NCBI GenBank assembly: GCA_043228905.1
Contig: JBHGNT010000146.1
Coordinates: 1-64,000 of the forward strand
DNA length: 64,000 bases
Reading direction: 5' to 3'
Source of the DNA: Azolla caroliniana
Lineage: Eukaryota > Plantae > Polypodiophyta
Position 1 is the first letter of the stretch, and each line of letters opens with the position of its first letter. Positions 1 to 12,600 of this stretch are shown here, piece by piece. The notes under the pieces were generated by a model that was not told where the DNA came from, did no database searches, and saw only the letters and a program-made list of their open reading frames with translations. The position numbers were made by a program, and so were the translations under genes.

Positions 1-1599
1 ATTGTGGTTATCATAACTACTCTTTGCGCATTTTTGTTTGGGAGAACACGTTGTTACATTCGCACATGGGTTGGCAATATTGGCATTGTCATTTTTACCA
101 TGTAGTAAGTATAATTTAAAAGGTAGTTCTAATGCATGTTGTCATGTTGTTATCTTTTGGTGCATTCTTTTGCCAAGTTCGATGAGCGAGACATTAATAA
201 TCTCTCTTTCAATGCACGATGCCAATTTTCTCTTAAATTGCTTCAAGTAGGGTCTAACTTGCCTTGGAGGAGGAGAACACCTACCAACATTCATGAACAT
301 ATGTATATATGCATGCCATATCAAGTTGTGTTAAAAGGTTTAATTGACAAGTTACCATGCATGGTGTGAACAATTGAAGTTTCAAGATTTCGTGATATAT
401 AATATGTTGAATAAATAAAAAAGACATAACACGTTTCCTATTAATATGTTCAATAAAGTAAAAAACATGTAACAAACATTTGACACTCATAACAATGTCA
501 TCTTAAATTAAACACAATTATAGAAGATTATTACAATCCAACATGAAATGTATGCATTGATTCGATGGTTGCGCGAAACATATAACTATACCAAGTATTC
601 TTATTGTTGGTAAACTTGGTATGATGTTCTCATGTCTATACATCCATGTAGACACTCTACATATAATATATACTTACCCAAACTCATTACTATGTATGTT
701 CCCATTGCGTTGCCATACTCTATCTAATCTTTTTGTATTCTTTTCAGTTTGCATCTTAGGATGACAATAGCAACGTGTCTGTCTTACCCCTCCGTTCATG
801 ACCTAATAATATCCATTTATTATCGTGTTGTGATGATTTTGTATTCATGACATTACCAAAACTCTTTCAAAAGATTCAAGGTCCTCTCATTTTTTATATC
901 TTCTCTATAATTTCTTTCCTCACTTCCCAATCTACAATCTCGCAACAAAGAAACACATCAAGAGCTACTTATATCATTCCACACACCATGTGAAATGTTT
1001 TCGCTTTGGTCCCATAGCCCTGGGACAAAAAAACCCAAAGGACCCCAACTTTGTAACAAAGAAAAGCCCTCGAATTTCTAAAAACTATTACCAAGATACC
1101 CCGAAGTAACGTGAATGATATTTTATGTAATTAACTTCGTGTTTTAAAAAAAGTGGGTAATGAGTTTATCAACACCGTCGTGTCTTTGTTCATACATCAA
1201 GCAATGGTTCAAAAAGAGAAAGCTCGATGGTCTTCGTACACACTTTTATAAGCAATGAATGGCTAATGGATTTATCAGAAACTCCATAGTTGCTCAAGAT
1301 AGTCGTGTCAACCATTTGGATGTTGTGAGGTTGTTGGTTAGTCAAGCACATTAATGTGACATGTGGTTTCGTATATGAAAGATACGACGCAACAAAAAAC
1401 ATGTGAAAAAGCAAGGATTGGATAGAACCCACGAGTTTGGGTTCACAACGTGTCCTACACTTTAAAGATACATCATCAGAGAAGCTCCTTATGAGGAAAT
1501 ATAAAGAGGCAAATGATGACAAAAGACGATATATATTGGACGTGTGTGTGTGGGTGGCTAGAAATGGGAAAGAGACATTGGTGGTGAAGGGTAGATGTT

Positions 1600-1749
1600 G
1601 AGGGGTATTTGGGTAATTTGAGGAAACCAGAAAAAAAAACCAAAAATACGATAAGTAAAAACAATATACGAAGGTTTTATGGGGAGGGGAATATTTGGGT
1701 AAATCGAGGAGACTAACAAATAACCAAAATATGGTGAATAAAAACAAAT
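1600..1749 (+). repeat. Degenerate ~75-80 bp tandem repeat (GGGGTATTTGGGTAA...AACCAAAAATACG), left part
   Basis: Two units here; the same units resume at 6301-6470 after the retrotransposon. Confidence 0.65.
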
Positions 1750-2397
1750 TGTTATGAACTCATCCATGTAATGAGTCATGTTATATCTATCTCAATCTTA
1801 AGCTTTAGTTAACAATACTTCATGATGTAAATAGTATGCATGCATCCCTCATCTGGTGGGTCATAAACTCATGTATCTGAATAATTTGGCATTATATATA
1901 TATCTGACGAGCATAGCCTATGAGCTCTATCTAGAGATTATATTGATATGTGATTAGTGATCTGGATTAATATGTAATCACTCTTTGAGCTTGCTTAATA
2001 GTCTATTCTATAACACGTTATCAACACGATTAGCCTCTACCATAGCAATTAACTATTCTCTTATACAAATCTACCTTATTGCTACCATTAGCATGGCTTC
2101 TCAGGCTCTACAAATAGAGAAATGCTTATTCCCGTCACTTGCGTTCGATGGGTCCAATTATATGACTTGGATGGTTCATATAGAAGGCCATCTCACGACG
2201 AAATATCTCCTTTATACGATAAGTGATAATTTTAATGATGGTGAGAACTCAAATGCTAGGAAGAAGGGAGCGGAAGCATTCATCTTCATCATTCATCACC
2301 TTGATGTAAGCCTTCAGAAATAATATTTCTCCATCAAGAATCCATCAACTCTCTGGAAGCAACTCAAAGCCTGCGTTGATCATCAACGAATTGTTCT

Positions 2398-2724
2398 TGT
2401 TGAGATATCAAGCTCAACTAGATTTAATACTCCACTCCCATGTTCATTTAATATAGGACTTACAGTACCGTTGTACCTATATTCTACTCACACATGTGCA
2501 CCTTTGCATATGAGATGTATATATACCTCATTGTGGTATTTTTGTATTTGATGACGCTTTTTAATATACACTCTGGTTAATCATCCCCTATTTATATTAT
2601 TGTTCATAAGTGTATCTTCCTCTCTCTCTTCCTCTCACACACATATCACATAACCTTCCGCTACTTAACTTAATCACATAATTAGGTACTAATTAACCAT
2701 TGCTTAAGTACCTAATTATTAACA
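2398..2724. mobile_element. Solo-LTR-like insertion inside the Bianca gag
   Basis: Unrelated ~327 bp segment bounded by TGTTGA...TTAACA that interrupts gag between ..DHQRIVL and QDFKT.. No TSD is visible. Confidence 0.55.
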
Positions 2725-3354
2725 CAAGATTTCAAGACAATTGTTGAATATAAATCCTCACTATTTGGTATCGTTTTAAAACTTAAATTTTGTGCTCATG
2801 ATAACCTTGTTAAAGAGGCGAATCTAATCAATAAAACGTTAAGTGCTTTTCATCCCTCAAATTTTAATCTTTCCGAACAATATCATAATCGTGATTTTAA
2901 AACCTATGTTGAACTTTTATTTGCACTTCTTGTCGCTGAGCAACATGACCAAGTTCTCCTCGAGAATGACAATCTTCATCCAGTTAGCCAACTTGCGGCT
3001 CCTCTACAATTCAAGGATTTGACGCATGTCGAGAGTAATTATTCTAGACGACAACATTATTATTAACACCCATATAACAGAGTCGAGGAAGAGGACGAAG
3101 AAATCAACAAAGGAATCAATATCCTACAAGTAATCAAGTCAAGCCAATGCACCATCAATCACAGTCAAGTCAAGATAAGCCTTCATCGAATTCATGTCTT
3201 CGATGTGGTTTACGAGGGCATTGTGCAAATACTTGCTCAACTTCTAAGTTTCATGTTGATCTTTACTAGAAGTATGGCAAGAAAGGTCAAGATAGGAAAC
3301 CAGAGGCTAATATGGTAGCAAAAACATCAATGATCTCACCATAAAATTCCAATA

Positions 3355-5630
3355 ATGGAATATAATTTTATGGATCAACCTTTGGAATTCGGGCCCGAAG
3401 CTAACATGACTGAAACCCATATGATTGATTTACATACAAGCCATTTTCTTTGTCTTATTGATTGTGCCTCAACACACACTATTCTATGTCATAAAGAATT
3501 CTTTCATCATATTAAAGATCAAGCCCCTTTCGACATCAAGACTATAGTTGGTTCTTGTAATGGACAAGGAAGAGGCCTCACCACTATCCAACTTCCAAGT
3601 GGCACTTTCTTGGAAATACATGATGCTATCTATGTGCCTACCTCGCTAAGAAATCTTCTTGCATTTGCAGATGTGCGATGCAATGGATACCACCTCATGA
3701 CATGGGAGTCAAAGATGCTTCATTGTGTTTTTCTCACGTCACACTTCTTTCTACTCGCAACATGGTGTTGCCTTGACTCCTCACCCTTATCATCAAGTTG
3801 TGTGCTCAATTCCTAGATTTTCCAATTAAGTCGATTAAGATGAACAATGTTGTCGAGTTTACGTCAACAACATTTATTCTCTATTGTGAATCTATCGTAA
3901 TTGTGCGGCCGATTCTTCTCAAATCAAATTTGCCTAGTTCAACATGGGGACATGTAGTACTTCATGCAATGCACCTTATCCGATTACGGCTGTCATTATA
4001 TCATGTTTACTCTTCCCATCAACTCATGACAACAACTTTCATGAACGAATCAAATCCTCAAACTATTCAAGAAGCAAAAACATCTCCGTTTTGGGATAAG
4101 TGGAAAGAAGCTATTCAAGTTGAGCTAAATAGTCATCTCAAACGAGGAGTTTTTGGTAAAATTCAAGAGACGCATATTGGCCATACACATGTTGGCTATC
4201 GTTGGGTTTTTATGCGGAAGCATAATGATAAAGGAGAAGTTATTCTTTATAAGGCAAGGTTTGTTGCTCAAGGTTTCATGCAACGACTAGGTATTAATTA
4301 TACTGATACATATTCTCTGATTATGGATGCAACGAGTTTTCGTTGGTTGATTCATTTTACTGGTCAACGAAGTCTTCATATGCGTCTCATGGATGTGGTT
4401 ATTGCTTATCTTTATGGTGATTTGGATAAAGATATATACACAAAGATACCTGAAGAGCTTTGCAACTCTATGCAACTTGGAAAATTTCGCAATCCATTGA
4501 TCAAGTTATGTAAGTCGCTTTATGGACTTAAACAAGCCGGTCGTATGTGGTATCAACATCTTTCTCAATATCTTCTTTCTCATGGATTTAAGAATGATGA
4601 TATTTTTCCTTGCATATTTATCAAGCATCATCTCAAAGAATTGGTCATCATCGCTATTTATGTTGATGATCTCAATATTATTGGAACATCCAATGCTATT
4701 GAAGATGTCGTTGCTATGCTTAGCCACCAATTTGAAATGAAAGACCTCGGTTTAACTACATTCGGCTTGGGTCTTTAGATTGAGCACCAATCTAATGGAA
4801 TTCTTCTTCATCAGAGCTCTTATATCAATAAAATATTAAAACGGTTTTCTATGGATCAAGCTCATTCTATTAGAACTCCTATGGTAATACGCTCTCTGGA
4901 TCCTTCTCGTGACCTATTTTGGCCAAGATCTTCTAACGAGTCAACATTGGGACCACAATATCGTTACATGGCTATTGTTGGTGCACTTATGTACTTGGCT
5001 AATTGTACGCGTCCGAACATTTCGTCCACTGTCAATTTGCTGGTTTGGTATAATCACGATCCTATCAGGCAACACTAGACTGGAATTAAGCAGATTTTCT
5101 GATATTTACGAGGCACTGAAGATATGGGTCTTTTCTTTACCAACAGTTCTATGCATGGTCAATTGACCGGTTACTATGCCGTTGGGTTCTCATATGACCC
5201 TCATGTTGGCAGATCACAAACAGGTTATGTTTTTCTTGTTGGTGGCACAACGATCTCATGGCGATCGACAAAGCAAATATTAGCTGCAACATCTTCAAAT
5301 CATGCTGAGATATTGTCATTACATAAAGCAAGTTGAGAATGCCTATGGTTACAACACTTAATCGGGATAATTATGCCAACAGTTATCTATGAAGATAATT
5401 GTGCTTGCATTAATCAGTTCAAGAAGGGCTTCATTAAAGGCGATCGAATCAAACATATTTCTCCCAAGTTTTCCTTTACTCGTGAGCTCAATGATAATTA
5501 TATCAATATTCAACCTATTACATCAAGCGAGAACTTGGTGGATATTTTTACCAAAAGTTTACCTCCATCAAAACATTGGCTGGACATTCCTTCTCTTGGA
5601 CTTAGAAGATTATTAGAGTTGATGAGCTAA
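3355..5630 (+). pseudogene. Disrupted copia pol (protease, truncated integrase, RT, RNase H)
   Basis: ORF fragments 3355-3816, 3798-4778, 4851-5078, 5124-5336 and 5373-5630 carry consecutive pol motifs separated by stops and frameshifts. Confidence 0.88.
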
Positions 5631-5923
5631 AACAATGATGATGAGATGAGGGGGAGTGTTATGAACTCATCCATGTAATGAGTCATGTTATACCTATCTC
5701 AGTCTTAAGCTTTAGTTAACAAGACTTCATGATGTAAATAGTATGCATGCATCCCATCATCTGGTGGGTCATAAACTCATGTATTTGAATAATTTGGCAT
5801 TATATATATATCTGATGAGCATAGCCTATGAGCTCTATCTAGAGATTATATTGATATGTGATTAGTGATCTGGATTAATATTTAATCGCTCTTTGAGCTT
5901 GCTTAATAGTCTATTCTATAACA

Positions 5924-6301
5924 CGTTATCAACACGATTAGCCTCTACCATAGCAATTAATTATTCTCTTATACAAATCTACCTTATTGCTACCATTAGC
6001 ATGGCTTCTCAAGCTCTACAAATAGAGAAATGCTTATTCCCGCCACTTGAGTTCGATGGGTTCAATTATATGACTTGGATGGTTCATATTGAAGGCCATC
6101 TCACGACGAAAGATCTCCTTCATACGATAAGTGATAAATTTAATGATGGTGAGAACTCAAATGTTAGGAAGAAGGGAGCGGAAGCATTCATCTTCATCCT
6201 TCATCACCGTGATGTAAGCCTTCTAAATTAATATTTCTCCATCAAGAATCCATCAACTCTCTGGAAGCAACTCAAAGCCCGCTTTGATCATCAACGAATT
6301 G
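5924..6301 (+). mobile_element. Second truncated internal copy (PBS plus gag start) directly after the 3' LTR
   Basis: Near-identical to 2016-2393; ORF 5893-6231 duplicates ORF 1985-2323. Confidence 0.9.
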
Positions 6302-6472
6302 GGAAACCGGCAAATAACCAAAAATACGAAAAGCAAAAAAAAAAAAACTTATGGTTTTTGGGGGGAGGGGTATTTGGGTAAAATAACAAAAAAAATACCG
6401 TAAGCAAAGAAATAAAAATAAAAAGATGAAGGTTGTCTGGGAGGGGTATTTGGGGTAATTTTGGGAAACCAG
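6301..6472 (+). repeat. Same degenerate tandem repeat, right part, in the channel promoter region
   Basis: GGGAAACCGGCAAATAACCAAAAATACG and GGGGTATTTGGGTAA motifs match 1600-1749. Confidence 0.65.
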
Positions 6473-6656
6473 AGAGAGAAGGTAGAGGAGAAAATATGTA
6501 TGTATTTGAAGGTTTTCATGTGAAGGTTCCATCGGTTATTTGCGAGGCATGGCTCGCTCAGCCCCTTTCGCCTCTGTCCTCCTCAGAAGAGTCTAGAGAA
6601 GAGTCTAGAGAAGAGAAGAGAAGGACTCTGCGGTGCACAGGAAACAAACCGCTTGC

Positions 6657-9600
6657 ATGATGGACAGTAGAGATCCCTCGGGACGACGCCCTAGCAGGCG
6701 AATTTCGATTCAATCTGCGAAAGACCTCGTCGGCGCTGCCTATGAAGCTGTCGCAAAAATAGCAGAACCCAAGTAAGAAATACAAAATAGCGACCAAAGA
6801 ATATATGTTTTTGTTTTTCCTTTTGTTTCGTTTGAATCAAATATCTTTGTATTTTTCCTTCTTTCCCATTTTCCTTTTCCAAAATTTTGGCTTCACCTGT
6901 CAAAAAATTGACCTAAAAACTCATTCTTATTATCAAATTTATCTCTGTAAAATTTTCATTCTTGCTGCCAAATTTATCTTGGTCAAAAAACTCATTTTCA
7001 TTACGAAAATTATTTTTGTCAATTCCATTCTCAGTGTTTAAATTTCAGTGTCTAGTTCAATTTTCATCCTCATAATCAAAACTATCATTGACAAATTTCG
7101 TTATAAATTTTTTTTCATTGTCAGCACCAAAATTCTTATCGTCAAACTTCACTGTGAACTTCCATTATAAAATTTCATGTCAAGATGAAGATTATGATGG
7201 TTCCATTGAAGAATTATTTCAACATTTAAGTTATTGTTTCAAAGTGGGTTATGCATAGTACCATCGGTACTTTCACAGTCAGTTTTTCGCGTATGATAAT
7301 TCATGGTAGTTTAAACCCCTGAAGAATTATTTCAACATTTGAGGGATTATCTCAAAGTGTGTTATGCATACTGCATAGCAATGCATACATTGGCCTGACT
7401 CTAGGATCCTAGCTATAAAACATTCATTCTCATTGTCAAATTTCAAGTTAAGATGAAGATTGTGAGTACTCAAGTCAGATTAACCCCCTGAAGTGTTTTC
7501 TATCATTGAGGTGTTATGTCAAGTAAGGTTATGCATACCATATTATGGTCCTATATTTGGATTCTAGGTATGAATTATTGATGTTAAATTAAACCACTGG
7601 AAAAATTATTTGAACAATTGTGGTATTATATCAACATGGGTTATGTATAGCATTGCATACATTCACCATAGTCTTAATTCTAGCTATAAAACATTCATGT
7701 TAGATTAAAACCAGAAAATTTATTTCAAAATTGAGCCTGTATATTCTTTCAATGGGTATCGTGTGTATATTACCGTGGGCATGGATTCTACCTATAAAAC
7801 ATTCCTGTTAAATTAACCCATCCATATAATGGTGTCAACAATGCGGTATTATTTCAATCTCAATTATGTACATATTTTCCATACACTTGGATTCTAGTTA
7901 TATGCATTAATTTCAACATTTGTGGTATCTTGTTGTGGGCCGCAACTCTGATACTAATATTCCAATGGTTGCTTAGTTATTTGACTTGATGATGTTTGCT
8001 GTGATTCATAAATATAGTACCCAACAATGTATTCTCTCATGCTTGTATAGGAGAGAAATTGACCCTGAAGAGGAGCCCGATTTTGCTGAAAGAAATCCTC
8101 TTTGGGAAGATGATTTGCCACCCATCCGCCCTCATGACGAAAATTTTCTGGGAGCATTGGCTTTGGAAGAAGATACTATTAAAAAGCAAATTCCGACCGT
8201 TGTACCTACATCAAATTATCACCCCAAACCTCTCTCAGTTCCACACAGAAGATGGAAAATAGCTTATGCAGCAGTTAAAAAGAATTTAGTAAGTCACAAA
8301 TTGTTTAGTAGTTGGGATTCGTTGATTATAAGCAATGCTTTCAGTCTTGTTCTTGAATAGTGCACCTGTAGATTTTCTTATGAGTGCAAGTTTAAATCAT
8401 GGTTTGTATGCAAGAGATCAGCACAGTTTTGTCTTTTTTAAAGCTTATCACTTGAATCTCATTGTGGAATTTATTTTTAAAAGTAGTCGATGTGTAGAAT
8501 TATCTTACCTAGTGTGTATATGCAGGCCTTACTGAATCAATCTCTACGAAGCTCTGTTGGCACTGGTGCTGAAGTACATGGGCGTTCTTTTGGGCGATGG
8601 GACAAATATAACGCAAATCGAATTTTCCTTTTTCAGTTACTTTATAATATGTATCCTTGGGCTCATTTATTTTATTTTGTTGAGATTTTTAAACAAATTT
8701 GAACCACCAGATAAGATATACACTGGAATTATAAATCTTATTTACTAATGAATTGCTCAGTAAAGGTGACCCTTGACAATGCATCAGGACAACTGAATAT
8801 ATCATTTTCGTGTTAATCAATCTACATGTAGTGATAGTTATTCTAAAGGCTTCAAAAAGAGGAGTTCTGAGAGATTCACAGATAACTATGAAACAATTGA
8901 ACAATGTCGATATTGTTCTTACCGTAATTTTCAGGTATTTTCATCTTGAATGGAATCGGTTAGAGAATGTTGTTGATTTCAGAAAAATATTTCAGGTGCA
9001 CTCTGTTTGTTGTGGATGCATAGTAAATAATAAGATAAGAAAAATCACTAATGAGAAAGAAAATGCTATATTACTTTTCGTGTGGACTAGGGGGATCCAA
9101 ATAGATCTGCACATACGGATGTGCACTTTTTAGTAAGAAAAGTAGAATTTTAATACTGTAGGGAATAGGTGTGGGTTTGTGAGAAGATATTGTGAATAAG
9201 TGCATCCTTATTGTAGATTCGGAAAATAGTGCTACAAGACAATCAAGGGATACACAAATGGGCTCCCGACCAGGACATAACAAAGGGGTTACAATAGATT
9301 GGGCAATAGCAATTTGTCGTGCACGTAGTAGGCGCTGGCCCCATGGATGACGACCTCAGCACCCTTGTCATCGACATATAAAGGCCATTATCTCCTGCCA
9401 TCGCAAGTGCTTCCCTCACTTCGGAGACCTCTCCATTCTGGATCGACCTATGCTAGAGATCTTTCGAAGACAAAAGTTACAATATATCTAAGTTGAGAAT
9501 CTCACATGTGCCGAAAATCAGATTCTGTCGTCTCTTTTTATCTTATTTACTTTTATATTTACTGAGTAATATTTATTTTGATTTTGATTTGTTGTTCTCA

Positions 9601-12600
9601 AAGACGAGACAACACTTAAGATGTAATCTCTTGTTTGGTCTTATAGGCGAATTTAGCCTCTTAAAAGATGTTAATATATCTTTCTTCTTTCTTTCTTTGA
9701 ATACCAATTAGAGATAGAGATTGTTGGGTTTTGGGTTGAATCTCTCAAGCAAAGGTCTATTATGCCATAGAAATCTAGAGTCTGATGACAAGGGTGGTGA
9801 TGTCATGGTCCATGAGGCCCAGTCCTAGGTGCATGGCAAATTGTTATTGCCCGATCTATTGTAAGCCCTATGATAGGGAAGCTGTTATAGGGATAACCTT
9901 ATGGATGAATTCTATAGTTTATTTTACTGGATTAACCAGTTATCCGAGGAGCTGGGGTAAATCCAAAAGGACCTTTGACACATGGGAACACATGGTGGTC
10001 TGGGAGCCTTAGATGATGAGCTATATAAAGGGGATTAACTACCCCCTCCATTATAGCATGTTGAGATGCTGTCAAGACTCTAATATGTAAACGGTGAGGC
10101 TAAGCTCTCTCTGTCGAATTTGTTATTCAACAACCAAGGTATAACATAAGGTAGTATTCACACTTGATTACATTGTTTACTTTTAGAAGGTAAAATGCTC
10201 CTATACTTACATTTCTTGACCCCTCCAGACCTTTCGAGGTTGAAACCAATACTAGTGATAATGTAATTGGCGCCATTCTTTACCAAGTCAGTTTTAACCC
10301 ATATCTTTGAGTGTAGAGAACTTGATTCCACTCAATGTTGGTATTCAGGTCAAGGAAAATAGCTTTTTCAGTCATTCATACACTTAAACTTGGAGACATT
10401 ATTTGTATGGAAACCGTTTGTCATCACAATAAACCACCAATCTTTAAAATACTTTGTGATCAACATGATCTTGTTGGTCCTAAAGGTTGATGGGCAAATC
10501 TCATCCGAGACTTACTTTTCCATTCACTATTGCAAAGGTTTAATGAACTCAATTGTTGAAGCTCTTAGTCATATTCATGAGGTTAACATGCTTAACTTCA
10601 CTAAATTAAAATCTGATCTTTTTGATCAACTTCAAGGAAAATGCCTTCATGATATTTTCTTTAAAAGATATTGGATGAGAGCTGAATCTGGTAAAGATGC
10701 CATAAATAGGATTTTTTTTTTCCAGTGTCATGTTACAACCAAATTTGGGCACCTTGGAATACAATGAACACGCATAATCTCTACAAATGTTTACATCATA
10801 ATGTGCGAAATTATGTAATCAAATGTTTGGAATGTCAAGTGAATTAGGTTGGGCAGCAAATACTATCGGTCTTCTGCACCCCTAAATATTCCTAATAATA
10901 AATGGGGAAGTATATCTATATATTTCATTATTAGCTTCCCTCAAGCACAAAGAGGTCATGGCACAATATGCATTGCTATCGATCAGCTAGTAAAATTAGC
11001 CAGGTTTATACCAACTAAAAGCACATGAACAACTCATGAATTGGCTTACTAATTTGTTGATGAATTAATTTGGTTTTATGGGTTACCGATGGATGTAGTT
11101 AGTGATAGAAATTCTATGTTTACTAGCGAATTTTGGACTCAAGTCTTTACTAGTGATTTTCTTAACCCTAACAGAAAAGTCTTCTTGCATGTACCCTCTT
11201 AATTCTAAACCCTTACCTAGGAGTAAGTGTTCTAAATTAGCCCCACTCTATTGTAGGCTTTCCATACTCATAAAACGTAAAAAGTATTGGTTCATCTACC
11301 TATTGTCTTGATCTTGTTCATCCAATTTTCCATGTTGGTTGCCTCAGAGAATTTGTCAGTTCTGATGACAACATAGTAACCATAAAAGATCTGCTAACTC
11401 ATGAGAATTTATCTTCTAAACACCATTTTCTAGAAAAAAAATGCTCAATGCCTTTTGTGAGCAAGAGAACAAATTAAAGAAAAAACTAGAAATAATAAAA
11501 TACACAGTACGGGGATGTCAGCTTATGCACTGAAGAGAAAGTTACATTAATCAACTAAAGATCATCAACTAAACACAATGGGCCAATGGGGTTTTATATA
11601 CAAGTTCTCAAGGGATTGCCACATTAAATGTGGTTGGTGGGATCTACTCATAGATATGCACGCGAGTATGATTCTGTCATAAGAATATTTGGTATTCTTT
11701 GACAACTAGAAATCACAATCTAGTTCTTCATGTAACTAGATAGTTCACATGGATTACAAGAAATTGTGCTCACGCACTTTTTCACACATTGTGCTTTTCT
11801 TCATAAGCACATGTTCACACGAGTTGAGCTTGATTCTCAACAGTAGACAACACTAAGAATACACCTTGATAAATCCTTTTGAAGATATTGATCGAACATT
11901 TCATTTCACGAACTGAGATGCACAGTTGGGCAGATTCACACCTCATCACATCAACTGGAGATAGAGATAGGTAGGTATAGAGGTATTACCTTTGGACAAA
12001 AAGATATGTCAAATATGCCAAATAGAGCAAGAGTCTGAGACGTGCCACGTAGTCTGTAGCACAGACTATGACATCAAGGATGCTTCATTACCTTGTTGTG
12101 GAGGGATTTGGACCATTTTTCTGGGTCATTGCTCAAACGTTGATTAGTGATTCTAACCCTAGGTTAACACAGAGATATCATGTTGAGAATCAAGCTTAAC
12201 TCGTGTGAACATGTGCTTATGAAGAAAGCACAATGTGTGAAAAAGTGCATGAGCACACTTTATTGTAATCCGTGTGAACTATCTAGTTACACGAAGAATT
12301 AGATTGTGATATCTAGTTAGTTGTTAAGTGTAAATGCGGTCAAAGAATATTAGATATTCTTATGATAGAATTGTACTTGAGTGGATATCATTGAGTAGAT
12401 TCCACTAACCACATTTAATGTGGCAGTCCCTTGAGGACTTGTATATAAAATCCCTTTCGCCCATTGTGTGGTTAAGGTATGGAACTGTCATGATTTTTTA
12501 CAAATTTGTATTGTTTTGGGATCTATCATGTAATTGGAAATTGGTCTCTTAATAGATGTCATTGTAAAGACATCTTTGTTACCTAGAATTTTCTGTTTTT

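Larger units (their letters stand above)
1750..5923 (+). mobile_element. Degenerate Ty1/copia LTR retrotransposon, Bianca-like lineage
   Basis: 5' LTR 1750-2015 and 3' LTR 5657-5923 (TGTTATG...TATAACA; about 7 substitutions and 1 indel by eye). PBS CGTTATCAACACGA at 2016-2029 and PPT GAGATGAGGGGGAG before the 3' LTR. Gag motifs QDFKTIVEY and LLVAEQ, protease CLIDCASTHTIL, RT YKARFVAQGF/SLYGLKQAGRMWY/YVDDL, RNase H IYEDN/KHI/DIFTK. Contains stops and most of the integrase core is deleted. Confidence 0.92.

Noticed and set aside
1-1190. Short ORFs at the window start
   Set aside because: No recognisable domain or exon pattern. Possibly an old transposon remnant, but I cannot support a call.
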